A stretch of DNA of 64,000 nt, taken from contig BAAIJX010000002.1 in the NCBI GenBank assembly GCA_054600435.1, positions 186,001-250,000 on the forward strand. The letters run 5' to 3'. This DNA comes from Neophaeotheca triangularis (taxonomy: Eukaryota). The notes under the pieces were generated by a model. That model was not told the DNA's origin. It did no database searches and saw only the letters and a program-made list of their open reading frames with translations. This document shows positions 1 to 11,952 of the stretch, one piece after another. The position numbers and the translations under genes are program-made. The first letter of the stretch is position 1; each line of letters opens with the position of its first letter.

Positions 1-760
1 TGAGGTAGATGCGCAAGTTCTTGACGTTGGTGAATGCTTTGCGGAGTGCCAGGCTCTCATCTTTGTTGAAGTTCAAGTCTTTTGCGAAGAGACCGTGGCG
101 CTTGCATTTGAGGTTGGTATCGAGACTGAGGAGTGTGTCGATGCCACTTACGGCGACAGACTCTATAGTGGTGCGCCATACGTGAGACAGGAAGGTGATG
201 TAAGCGGTGTTTTTGCGATCGTCACCGGGAGCGAGTGTTGGAGGGTGACCTGTGAGACGTGTAATTCGGCGGAAGCCACGAATGTCGACAGAAGAGGGCA
301 GACAGGAGTAGCTGTCGGTGATGGAGAGGTCGGTGAGGGCTGGCAGTTTCTTGAAGGCCTCAACGATGTAGTCTTTGGCTCCACCAGTCTTGATGAGCTT
401 CTGTTGGTCGTTGTAGTACTCCTTGTGGGCTTCGGCCTCCCTCACGTTGGGGATCCAGCAGCTGCAGTCATGTGGACACTTCCATACAGGGTCAGAGAAG
501 TAGCCAGCGCAAAAGGAGACGTCGCGGAGATATTTGTTGAGCTTGACATTGTGGGCGATGTTGACGAGGACCTTGAGACTGTCGGTGGTGAAGAGAAAGC
601 CCTTTGCGGTGAAGTATTCCGTGGCAAACTCGTGGAGGGACCTATTCTCGACGGTGCGACAGGTCAGACGGAAGTTGAAGATGTCGTCAGGACCCAAGCG
701 AGCGGCGATGTTGGAGATTAATTCCTCTGGGAGACGGTCGAGCGCGGGACTTGCGGCCAT
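1..760 (-). CDS. F-box domain protein (3' end runs off window)
   Basis: ATG at 760 gives MAASPALDRLPEELISNIAARLGPDDIFNFRLTCR..., matching the F-box LxxLPxEL..I...L....L..L.LTC pattern; the frame continues toward the window edge. Confidence 0.7.
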   Translation of the reverse strand, partial: MAASPALDRLPEELISNIAARLGPDDIFNFRLTCRTVENRSLHEFATEYFTAKGFLFTTDSLKVLVNIAHNVKLNKYLRDVSFCAGYFSDPVWKCPHDCSCWIPNVREAEAHKEYYNDQQKLIKTGGAKDYIVEAFKKLPALTDLSITDSYSCLPSSVDIRGFRRITRLTGHPPTLAPGDDRKNTAYITFLSHVWRTTIESVAVSGIDTLLSLDTNLKCKRHGLFAKDLNFNKDESLALRKAFTNVKNLRIYL

Positions 761-2283
761 GGTGGTGGAGGAGGTGAGGTGTAGAGGCACAAGGCTGCAA
801 TCAGCAATCAGCGCGTATAGGTTTTGTCTGGATTTTGACGTCAGTTGGCTTGAAATGGTGAAAAAGTACTATGCTAGGTACGTAGATTGTTGGGATAATA
901 CGTACCTCTCAGCGTGAATACCAGACAGATGCAGCAGTGTTGTATGAGGATTGAAAGGTTTCGACACTGGAGGTGGCCGTTATGTTCGGGCAGCAGAGGT
1001 AGGTTTATTAGGACTTTCCAGGTTAGGTAGAAGCTCGTCAGTCGGTCGGTAGTCAGAAGCTCAAGGCCTCCAGGCTGCACGTTACTGGCAAATGTCTTGG
1101 CACGGTGCACGGACATATGGCATAGATGCCTGCTCACAACCTTAAGCGTGAATGAAAGTGAACGCGACACCAGTCTTTTCTTACCTGTCAAAAAGGAGGA
1201 AAAAAGAAGAAAGGACATGCCGCCAGTAACTTTGCGAATGGGAGACCATCCATAGTAATCCCGGCCTGTGCGACCGTCGTGTGGGCACATGCATACCGAC
1301 ACGTTTTCAGAAGTACGACGGATAGACACGCTCTTGAATGGCATCTCGAATGGCTTAGAATAGGTTTTCCATGCCCAACAGTAGTCTTCCCATCATGTCT
1401 CAGGGAGACCTGTAACATCACAAGCTAATCTCCCTGGGGTACAGGTAGTCGTGGAAGAAGCGTCAACAAAATTGGTGCCGTCGGTAGCTTTGGCTGGCCT
1501 GCCCTGCCCACCGCGTTCCCGCTTATCTGCGGACTGACGGATAGCAGCAGGCTTGGTACAGACAGCCAGATAGCAGGAGAAGCGGCCAACGACTTGTGCT
1601 GTCGTTCAAAGCAGCTTGCTCCATAGTCCAATGTGACCTCAATATCAGGTACGCCGCCCCCACGAGCTGGGCACTGCCCTGGTGTTGTAGAGAGTGAGTG
1701 GAGAAGCGCTTAGCTTGGCGGTAGTACTGTAAGTTAACGTTAAGTGCAGTAGCAGTATTCGCAGGTGCATACAGTATGCACCGCCACGGGTTAAGCGCTT
1801 TCCCCAGAAAGCAACGCGGTTAAGATAAGATAACGCTATTATTAGGTAGGTATCTGGTATCTTATCAGGCTTTGCTGGGGACGAATCTGAAACAACCTTT
1901 AGCCCCCCGACTGCAGGCCCACCTCGTGGCTGTTAGTTCGAGACCGACGACGGGAGTCGTCAAGGTATCTGGATGTATGTCATGTTGTTGCTCGATCAAC
2001 CCAATCCACCTCTCTCAACATGACACCAACACCCCAGCTACCTTACTTTGATCCTCCCTCGGTAGCAAGCCGTATCTCACTACTTTCTACTAGGTACTCT
2101 ACCTACCTACCTACCTACCTACCTCAACCTCAGCCCCGTCAGCAAGGACCGAGAGATAGGTACTTGACAGGGCTGTGCTACACGCCCAACTTCTTCTTGC
2201 GCAGCTTTAATCAAACAACCCATCCTCATACTCTCTCTCCAATGGAATAGTCACGCTTCGATCAACATCTCACTTCCTCTGCC

Positions 2284-3957
2284 ATGCCGTCAATATCATT
2301 ACTTTTGCAGAATCTAAAACGACAACAACCTGGCCATCAAGGCGGCTCCTCCATCTCTCCCGGCGTAAGACAGAAAACAACTCAGGGCTAACACTACATA
2401 CAACTCCTACTGACAAGAACGGAACTCCAGGCAGTCGTCGCTACAATCTCCATCTTTGTCGGCCTAGCCCTCATCTGTCTCACCTACCTCTTCCTCCGCG
2501 CACTCCGCATCAAATATCCCAACCCTACCTACATACCCACCACCTACCTTCAACGCAAATGGCGCCGATGGACCCCCTCCCGCTTCTCCAACAAACCCTA
2601 CTCCGCCCACCTCCAAGACAACCCCTCAGCTCCCTCCCTCCACCATAACCGCGACTCTCGCAACATGGCCGACGCTCACCAAAACTCCACCCTAGATCGC
2701 CATACCTCCATCCGTAGCGTCCTAACCCTCCCAGCCTATACCCGCTCCGTCCGCGACAACGAGACCGTCATCGGCCGTGAAGGTGACCGCAGCGGCATTG
2801 ACATCGTCATCGAAACTCCCGAAACAGCCGAAGAGGAGGAAGTCCGTCGTGACTCGGAAATGGAATCCCTCTACCAAATCCGCGCCGAGCGTCGTAGAGA
2901 AGCTGCTGAGATGGAGGTGAGCCGCCAACGACGACGGGAAGCTCGGCGTACAGGCGATACAGCTACTCTTGCCCGATTGCAAGAGGAGAACCACATGCGG
3001 GCATTAGAGAGGGAGGTTAACGGCGCGCAAGCCCTAATTCAAGAACACGCTTCCCGCTCCCGTGAGCGCCGAGTCAGCAGCGTCGACTACGCTTCCGTGG
3101 GTGTAGCCCGCCACGACGGCAGTCGTGTACGTGCTTCGTCCATTGAGTCGGAGCGTGGCTTGCTCGATTCCGCCGCCAGCATGGGAGGCGTTCGTCGCAT
3201 TTCTCAACACCGGCGTGATCGCTCAGCCAGTTCCGCTGTTTCCGACACCGAAGAAGCAAACGCCGGGTTCGATTTTGACCTCCCGCCCTTCGCGCGTAGG
3301 GGTAGCGATCTCTCGCTTTTAAACAGGGGAAGGTCACTTTTCGCGGCTGTAGGGAGGAGTCGGGCTTCTAGTGGCGCTACTGCTACCGTTAGTAGCAATG
3401 GCTACAACAACGCTCAAGCGAACAACAGCAGTCTGTCGGTCGAAACTTCGGATGTGGGAGGTTCGCGGTTCCCGGACGCGGATCCACCAGTTTACGAGCG
3501 GGATCCTAGTCCGAGTTACGGTGGCAATTTAGATCATGGCAACACCGTCGACAGCCACAGTTACAACCACGGCCACGGCGACCAAAACCACCTCCATGAC
3601 AACGAGGAAGCACCGCCCTACACCTCCCCAATATCGACACAAACGCCAGCTTTCCCGCCGACCGCAGGTTCCTTCAATCCCCAGTCAACCCCACCGCCTC
3701 AACAACCACAACTACAGCAATCCGACCGTTCCAACCCACACGCCCCCGGACATAATTTTCAACCGGCACCTACAGCCGAACTCGACCTCGGAACCTCTCC
3801 CCCCCTCCCCCTCTCCTCAAGGGCACCTGTACTCCCCGCAATCAGTAGACTGCCTAGCATCCGCATCGCGGAAGCTTCGCCCGTTGAGGGTCGGGCGGAT
3901 GGGGGGTTTTTGGACGCTGTTCTTGAAAGCGGAAGAGGGAGAGGGGACTCTAGGTGA
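2284..3957 (+). CDS. Fungal single-pass membrane protein, function unknown
   Basis: Exon 2284-2364, intron 2365-2430 (GTAAGA..CTGAC..CAG), then a hydrophobic segment AVVATISIFVGLALICLTYLFL in frame with ORF 2665-3957 (RSVLTLPAY, PPVY/PPPY-like motifs). Confidence 0.7.
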
Positions 3958-4099
3958 AACGGTTTTGTACTCTTTCTACTTGGTAGGTAATATGTTGTTA
4001 TTATTATCACTATTGTTCTAATAGCAGGGCTTGTAGTGAGGGTAGTAGTAGTAATAGAGAGTGACATGTAGAGAGGAGAGGAGAGTACATATTAAATGT

Positions 4100-4445
4100 G
4101 CCTCAGGAACGGGGTAAACCTATTTCGCTCTCACTACTCTAGGGCACCCGCGGGTAGTCCTTAGTACGGGCCGAAGTTAGCCCGTATTATCTAAATCAGT
4201 ATAGAGACTGCCATCTCGCTCCCGCTATAAGCCTCTAACGACCGTATCACTTATAGTACTACTATTACCCAATTAGGAAGTGAAGCTACTAGGAGTTAGG
4301 GATACCTAAGGCACGCCATAGAGCTCCTCCTACGTAACGGTAAGAAGGTATATAAGGGTAAGTATACGTCCCCGTGAAGAAATAAGCTCCTCGTAGTCGA
4401 ACTAAGAGCCGCCGAACTCTACCTAACGTCGTAAGCTATAATGAA
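4100..4445 (-). pseudogene. RIP-like degraded coding fragment
   Basis: TpA-rich tract; a minus-strand frame is interrupted only by TAG/TAA stops that revert to CAG/CAA. Confidence 0.4.
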
Positions 4446-4972
4446 AAGGTAGGTAGTAACGATGAAAAAATCGAAAGTCGAAAGTCGCGACATACGTGTT
4501 GCCCGCGAGGTATAGTAGGCGCTATACAAATCGGTAAGAGTTGACGACTTCCCTCTCCCCCCTCTCCCCACATGGGCAAATTGCTTGGCTTTCCACTCAC
4601 CTCACCTTATACCGAATGCCCACTTTACTACTACCTACCTAGTACCTAGCTACCTCCACTACTTATCTCCTCGTCTATGTACATACACATGACTCCACGC
4701 AGAAAAACAATGTTGCTGTATTGCCGAGCCTCTAATGGCCTCGTGGGCTATACTCCAATGCCACTTGGCTGCTCATTGCTTCGACCCATCCATACTGCTT
4801 GACCCGCTTTGTTGTGCTTACCTAGGTAGGTAGTAGCTACGGTATGAGATAGTGCAGCATGGCTAGTGGCGGGCGTGATACGTACAAATATGAGCCCTTG
4901 GGAGCGCAGAAGACTACTTCGAAGCATTTTCCCTCGATACTTTCTAATCATAGAAGAGTTGCTCTGATAGCC

Positions 4973-6541
4973 ATGTCGTCTCTTTTGGCTGCCGTCACGC
5001 TGTTCGCAGTTACCGGGTAAGGTCACCTCCTACCCCGGTATTTTGAATACGTACTGATATCCTCTAGTTCTTTCGCATTGCCTGTCCATCAGAATGGTTC
5101 GCATCCCTGCAATACCATCGATCATGGCTATCAATGTGAACCCGAAATCTCTCATCTCTGGGGACAATACTCGCCGTACTTTAGCGTGCCCTCTGAAATC
5201 TCGCCAGCAATTCCCCCCCAGTGCAAAGTCACTTTTGCTCAAGTACTCGCAAGGCACGGCGCCCGATACCCTACGTCCAAGAAGACGGCACTCTACAATG
5301 CCACCATCGCAAAGATCCATTCCCAAGCCGAGAGTTACGCTCCAGAGGTCGCCTTCCTCGAAGATTACGAGTACGGGCTCGGGGCAGACGACCTTACAGA
5401 TCTTGGGCGAGAGCAGATGCTTTACCTCGGCGTAAATTTCTACGAGCGATACGCCGATCTAATAAACGGCAGCGAAAACCACACACCCTTCATCCGCGCT
5501 TCGGACTCCCAGCGCGTAGTAGAATCCGCCGGGCTCTTTGCCCAAGGCTTCCACCACGCAGCTACAAAGGGCGGTCATCACAACGCCATCCCTCCCAGCC
5601 GCAGTACCTTTCCCTCTCAGCTCCCCTATCCAATCCTCACAATCCCCGAAAACAACCAAACAAACAACACCCTCGACCACGGCACCTGCACGATCTTCGA
5701 AACCCAAGCCCCATACAATACCATGGCCGACGCCGCGCAAGAAACCTTCCTGCAAACCTTCATCGCCCCCATTCAAACCCGCCTCAACACTGCCCTCCCA
5801 GACACCAACCTCACCTCGACAGAAACAATCTACCTCCTCGACCTCTGCGCCTTCGAAACCGTCGCATCCTGCCCCTCCCAACCATCCCCTTTCTGCCCTC
5901 TCTTCTCCATGCCCGAATTCCACTCCTACAACTACTACCGCACCCTAGGCAAACACTTCCACTACGGCACAGGCAATCCACTAGGACCAACCCAAGGCCT
6001 CGGCTTCGCCCGCGAACTGCTCGCGCGACTGACGACCCAACCCATCACATCCATAGGCCGCGACGGCGCCGTCAACACCACTCTCGACACGGCACCTTCC
6101 ACTTTCCCACTCGACCGCGCTCTGTACGCGGATTTCAGCCACGACAGCACCATGGCCTCCATCCTCGCAGCGCTAGGGCTCTACCGTCCCGTCCCAGCGA
6201 CAGCGGGTAAAGGAGAAGCCGAAGCCGAAGAGCAACGACCCCCGGTCCTTCCGGATTCAACCATCGTACCCGCCGAGCAAGCCGAGGGGTATAGTAATGC
6301 GTGGACCGTGCCTTTTGGCGCGAGGGTTTATTTCGAGAAGTTGTTGTGCGATGATTTTGGTCGTCGCATTGACAACGACGCGAGTGAGCCCGAGGAAGCT
6401 GTCAGGGTTGTTGTTAATGACCGTGTTCTGCCTTTGGGGTTTTGTGGTGGGGATTGGTTGGGTAGGTGTGGGTTAGGGGCTTTTGGGGAGGGGATGGGGT
6501 TTGTTAGGGAGGGTGGAGGGTGGGAGGGGTGTTTTAGTTGA
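4973..6541 (+). CDS. phyA: Secreted 3-phytase (histidine acid phosphatase)
   Basis: RHGARYP and DFSHD catalytic motifs, WGQYSPYFS; signal peptide MSSLLAAVTLFAVTG/SFA split by intron 5017-5067. Confidence 0.93.
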
Positions 6542-7150
6542 GGGAGGTAAGGGGGGAGGCATTAATTGTTGCTTTTGGGTCTTTTTATGGATCGAGGTAG
6601 TGGTGGGAGAAGGAGGTTGGGAGAGTCGTAAGTGTTTTAGTAGGTACGGCTTTTTCTGCTCTTCTTTTTTCTCTAGCCTTAGGTCGTTTGATCGATGTGG
6701 ATTTGTAGTAGTATCGTGCATTGCTGTCTGTCACAACTGTCGGAAGATGATATACTCTATAGCTCTTACCCATTTATACACCTAGCTACCCGGCTAGCAA
6801 GTAATTAAGCCAATAGTAGTAACAAGGTAGGCACGTTCAGTCATGACTCAACCGCCCTAGGTGAGAGTACAGTACTGTACATAGGGAGGCCGCCGGGTTA
6901 ATGCAGAGAATCTAGAATACGTTAGGTTGCAAGTCGATGTTACACTTGGTTCGATATATAAAAGAACAAAGGTCGTCGTCCACTTTAAGGTACTTTCTCG
7001 GTAGAAGCGTGTTTGATCTCCACCGAGCGGGGCAGGGAGGGGTAGCAGACTACTGTATAATCACGACTATATAACTAGACATGGACTTTACAATTTACAT
7101 ATACACACAGCAGAAGAGAGATATATCATCATATATTATACTTTATCAAC

Positions 7151-8464
7151 ATGGTCAACCAAAAGGCTCAAGATGCCGTGCAAAAGAGCCTCGACTCTGT
7201 GACGGGCGACCCATCCACGGGAATCCCAGGTCTCGTCTTCGTAGCAATTGACAAGAATGGCGACGAGGTTGCTTCGCACGCCTCTGGGAAACGTGGACTT
7301 GACACCGACAAGCCCATGGACTTCGATACCGTCTTCTGGATTGCGAGTTGCACCAAACTCCTCGCCACCATTGCTTGCCTGCAAGCTGTTGAGGATGGCA
7401 AGTTGAACTTGGACGACTCAAAGCAGGTTTACCAACTTTGCCCGGAATTGGACAAGATGAAGGTGCTCAAAGAGGACGGCAGTTTCGAAGACAAAAAGGA
7501 GGACATTACCCTCCGTATGCTGCTCTCGCACACGGCTGGCTTTGGCTATGAATTGTAAGTTTCCCCCTTTCTACCTACCTCCTCCAAACCACGAGACACC
7601 AACCAACACCTCCTCCCCCCCACCAGCTTCAATCCCAAACTCCTCGCCCACGGCCGTCCAATCGGCCACGACGTTTTCAGCGGCGACCCCAACGACATCT
7701 ACAACTCACCCCTAGTCAACCAGCCAGGGGAGCGCTGGGAATACGGAACCAACATTGACTGGGCGAGCCTCTGCCTCGAACGCGCCACCAACATCCGCCT
7801 CAACGACTGGATCCAAACCCGCATCTGCCAGCCCCTAAACCTCCAATCCACAAACATGTTCCCGACCGCCCCCATGAAAGCCAACCTCGCGCACATGCAG
7901 CAACGCTGGCCATCGGACCCCACCAACCGCACCCACACCCGAGACCACCCCTTGGGCCGACCGCTACGCGCGCAGACCGCGGAAGAAAAAGCCTCAACCC
8001 TCCACTCCGGCGGCGCAGGCTGCTTCTCACGGCCCCGCGACTACGTCCAAGTACTAGCATGCCTGCTCAACAGCGGCAGCCACCCCCAAACCCGCACCCG
8101 CATCCTCAAACCCGAAACCGTAACCGCCATGTTCCAGAACCAAATCCCCGACTCCCCCGACTTCGCCCGCCAGCCCACGCCGGCCGCGAAACCCGAGTAC
8201 ACCAACCCGCTGCCCGAGCTGTACCCGCAAGAGGGCAATCCGCCGCAAGGCTGGGGTCTGAGTTTCATGCTCACGCCCGAGCCGTGCGCGACTGGCCGCG
8301 GGCCGGGGAGTGGGTATTGGGCGGGCATTGCGAATCTGTTCTGGTGGGTTGATCCGGCCAAGGGTGTCGCCGGCATGATTGCCAGTCAGGTGCTGCCGTT
8401 TGGGGACCCGCACGTCATGGGCCAGTGGGCTGCTTGTGAAGCGGCGGTGTATGCTGCGCTTTGA
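7151..8464 (+). CDS. Beta-lactamase-family serine hydrolase (LovD/EstB-like)
   Basis: SxxK motif IASCTK, LLSHTAG, WEYG, WAGIANLFWWVD; intron 7555-7626. Confidence 0.88.
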
Positions 8465-9333
8465 GGGGCGAAGTGGGGGAGGGGGAGGGGGCACTGGTAA
8501 TAGACAAGGGAGAGACGCCAAGGTAGTTTTCATGTACATCCGGGCGCGCGTGAGCTTTGGCAAAGCGAACGAAACATCTCCCTGGTCAAAGCCATGATAT
8601 CTCCAATCGAGAGAGTGCAACCGGCCAAAGAACAGCAAAGTCCAAGCCCGCATCAATCCCCTCGAGCGATATGTGTACATGCCACATGCCACATTCTCCA
8701 CGGACGTGAACGTGAACGTGAACACGAACTCAGCAGCGTCCAAGCACCTTCCACAACATCGTCGCACCCATCGCCCATTGACATACTAGACAGTAGTCTC
8801 TTCATCCATTCACGTCAAAAACAACGACATAGTAAGCCGCCACAACACTACACTACACTGAAAAAAAGACTGCCCAAAAGAAACCCCCCCCCCCCCCCTC
8901 CCCGAGCTGCAATCAGCATGAAATCGCATGCACACCCTGATGAGTCAGTGCCTGCACACGACCCAGGCGGCAGCACTGCCCTTGCAGCGAGCGGGTGGCT
9001 AGCTCCTTGATCCGAGCAGGTGACAGCGAACACGGAGTAAGGGTGACAGGAAAAAAAAAAAAAGAACCGACCCAGTAGCAAGTTCGAAAACCCGCAACGG
9101 CAGGCAGCCTGTATACCTGTATCCTTGTATATCTCAGCAACGTGTATAGACCGCGTTTCATCTCATCTCATCTCATCTCATCTCAAACTTCCAACAGCCC
9201 CAACACGAACATCCGAGCTGAGATATCTCTCTCATCTCATCCAAAGCAAGATCGCCGATAGACAAACATGGAAAGAGAAAACAAAAAAGAGCCCACAGTC
9301 GTTGCAAACTACCCAACAACCCACCCACCCACC

Positions 9334-11952
9334 TTACCGTCGCCCAGGTGGTCTCAACCCCTCAAATCCCGTGCTGAAATTCCGCCTGAGCCTGGTTCTC
9401 TCCGCCGCCTCGTCACCGGCAGCACCAGCACCAGCACCAGCAGACCCAACCCCAGAACCACCAAGCAACCCGGCAATTCCAAATTTCCGCCTCCCAGTCG
9501 TTTTCCCACCCTCTCCCTTCGCAACGGTAGCCCCATCAACACCACTACCAGCGCCACTAGCCTTGCCGACACCGTGAAAAAGCCGCTTGTACTTCAACTC
9601 CGGAGAGCTAGGCCTCGGTCCCTCCGTGGCAGCACTCGCTGCGCCTCTTCCTCTAGACCTCGGTCTCGGAGACAGCGTCATGGCTAGAGCTCCCGTTGGC
9701 GGATTCGGGCTCAGACCCCTGCCACCGGTTCTGAAAGCGCGCGGGGACTCGTTCCAGGGCGATGAGAGCGGCATGGGGGTTGGAGGCTGGGAGGTGTGGG
9801 TTTTGGGCCTGCGGTGGCGGGAGGGTGCGCGCTCGGGGGAGGGGGAGTCGAGACTGCTGTGCTCGGAGTTTGTGGTGGGGGAGAGGGAGTCGGTGTCGGA
9901 GTCGTAGGAGTCATAGGAGCGGGGGTAAGAGGGTTCGTTGGAGGGGTGATGAGGGTATTGACGAGGTGTGTGGGAGGTGGGGGAGGTGGAGTCGCCGCCG
10001 GAGAAGTAGTCGGCAACTTTGACGGCGGGATTGGAGAACGGTTCGATTGTTGGGTGGATTGTTTGGCGGGCTCGGGGGAGGACGGCGCTTTGGACGGTTC
10101 TATGGCTGGAGGTGCTGCCGCGACGACGGCGGCCGCGCTCGCTGTGACGGTCGAGTGCGGCTTGGGAGAGGACGTTGAGGCGGAGGTCGGCTTGAGAGGG
10201 ACTAAAGGCTACGCGGTCTTTGAGTTTGTGCACTGCGCGGTCAAGAGCGAGTTCGATGGTGCAGTGGTTGCGGATGCGGCTTAGTTTTGGCCAGGTTGCG
10301 CGCTCGCCGCAGAGCATGGCTTGTACCATGAATTCGGTCGTTGGATTGTTGAGGACACTGGGGAAGTGGGCGTAGGAAATTTCGGGAAAGATGGTGATGT
10401 CGCCGCTGTAGCGTTGGCCGAGCACTGAACGGACTTTGGAGAGGGCGTTGGAGAAAACGCCGAGATCGGAGAGGACGTGGAGGCGATGGAGGGTCTCTGA
10501 TTTTGCTAAATGGGCAGCGGCATGAAGCCAAGATGGAGGGACAGTTTCTTTGGGTTCGTCATCCTCTTCGTAGTTGTTGGTAGGCGGTTGTCGGGCTTCG
10601 GCGGCGACAAAGTCTTCCTCTTGTCGGATAAAAGGCACTACGTGTGGGTTCACCTGCGAGACGATGAAGTGGTTGACGTTGAACATTTCAGCCAAGCGCA
10701 CAGTGGGGATGTCATTATCGACGGAACCATCGATCCATCTTTGTGTTGATGGAACCCAATCCACAACTTTGTGTGTTCGAACGTCCTTTGCTTTGAGTGC
10801 TGCCGGGGTAAAGAACATGGGAACAGAGCAAGAAGCCGCCACGGCCGACCAGATGAGGACGTTTGGAGCTGTATAGTAGTTGAGTAATCGAGGGGCATCG
10901 TAGACGCTGGCGCTAGACACCGTAATGTTGAGGATGCGATTGCTTCGGAAATACGCTTCTTTGAAGGTGGTGTCTCCCATTAAATTCTGCATCACTCGCG
11001 TCAAATGCTTGATATCGAAGAGTGCGCCGTCTTTTAGAAACCGTCGTGCCTTTGTAAGGTAGCTGTCCGCTTCACCTTCTTTCTCAAACACGTCGAGTTC
11101 GCCATAGCAGAACTCATCGAGTATGCTTGGCATTTCTTTGTCGGTTTTGGTGCAGAGGACCGCGCAAACAATACTGCCGGCAGAGGCACCGGAGATTACG
11201 CGAGGGAGCAGATTTGCTTCGAACAAAGCCTTGATGACGCCAATGTGGTTCATACCGAGCGTGCCACCTCCTGAAAGAAGCAATGCCGTCCGACCAAAAG
11301 ATTGTCGTATGAGCAGCATCTCGGCATGCAAATGTCGGACATTCAGGTCACTGCTCTCTCCGTGACTCGCACAACCGATCAACGTCTCGAGCGTGTCCTG
11401 GACGGATTGGATATAGCGCTCAATCAACGACTTGGTCCCGATGCGGCTGTGCTTGTAAAGCCTGAGGTCACCCATTCCTCCCAAGTCTCTAGTCAGGGAT
11501 GTCCGCATCAGAAAGAGCATGCCCTTGACGTCCCTGTTCTCGCGGGCGGTATCCAACTGCAGTAGCCTCTCTTTGATCAGACTGGCATTGTACTCCTCAC
11601 TCTCATCCTCCAGCTTCCACTCCTCCGCGCCCTCCAACCGGTCCAATTCCCGCGCCGCCTCCTTCCACTCCTCCACATCCTTTGCACCTTCCAACCGCAG
11701 CAATTGCAAGCGTCTCTCCCTTTCTTCAGGGGTCAAATGCCAGCCATCCCGATCAGAAACCAACCCCAAGGACTCTCCCAGACTGCCCAAAGTCTCGAGA
11801 GGTCGGCGAACAGCATCCCGCACAGACCCGAGTAGACTGCCATGGCTCTTGCTAGTCCTCAACCTCTTCTTCGCCGGTCCGCCTTCGAGGCCGTATTCGT
11901 ATCCACCTAGCTTGCCGCTGCCGGGCAGGTTCGGAACGTGTAACCAGTCCAT
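9334..11952 (-). CDS. TGL4: Patatin-like triacylglycerol lipase (TGL4/TGL5 type)
   Basis: GRTALLLSGGG, GASAG nucleophile motif, DGS, NHFIVSQVNPH; 872-aa ORF with a low-complexity C-terminus. Confidence 0.88.
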   Translation of the reverse strand: MDWLHVPNLPGSGKLGGYEYGLEGGPAKKRLRTSKSHGSLLGSVRDAVRRPLETLGSLGESLGLVSDRDGWHLTPEERERRLQLLRLEGAKDVEEWKEAARELDRLEGAEEWKLEDESEEYNASLIKERLLQLDTARENRDVKGMLFLMRTSLTRDLGGMGDLRLYKHSRIGTKSLIERYIQSVQDTLETLIGCASHGESSDLNVRHLHAEMLLIRQSFGRTALLLSGGGTLGMNHIGVIKALFEANLLPRVISGASAGSIVCAVLCTKTDKEMPSILDEFCYGELDVFEKEGEADSYLTKARRFLKDGALFDIKHLTRVMQNLMGDTTFKEAYFRSNRILNITVSSASVYDAPRLLNYYTAPNVLIWSAVAASCSVPMFFTPAALKAKDVRTHKVVDWVPSTQRWIDGSVDNDIPTVRLAEMFNVNHFIVSQVNPHVVPFIRQEEDFVAAEARQPPTNNYEEDDEPKETVPPSWLHAAAHLAKSETLHRLHVLSDLGVFSNALSKVRSVLGQRYSGDITIFPEISYAHFPSVLNNPTTEFMVQAMLCGERATWPKLSRIRNHCTIELALDRAVHKLKDRVAFSPSQADLRLNVLSQAALDRHSERGRRRRGSTSSHRTVQSAVLPRARQTIHPTIEPFSNPAVKVADYFSGGDSTSPTSHTPRQYPHHPSNEPSYPRSYDSYDSDTDSLSPTTNSEHSSLDSPSPERAPSRHRRPKTHTSQPPTPMPLSSPWNESPRAFRTGGRGLSPNPPTGALAMTLSPRPRSRGRGAASAATEGPRPSSPELKYKRLFHGVGKASGAGSGVDGATVAKGEGGKTTGRRKFGIAGLLGGSGVGSAGAGAGAAGDEAAERTRLRRNFSTGFEGLRPPGRR

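Noticed and set aside
5221..6210. Long alternative-frame and antisense ORFs in C-rich genes (also 32285-33283, 38443-39456)
   Set aside because: Explained by codon bias suppressing stops in other frames.
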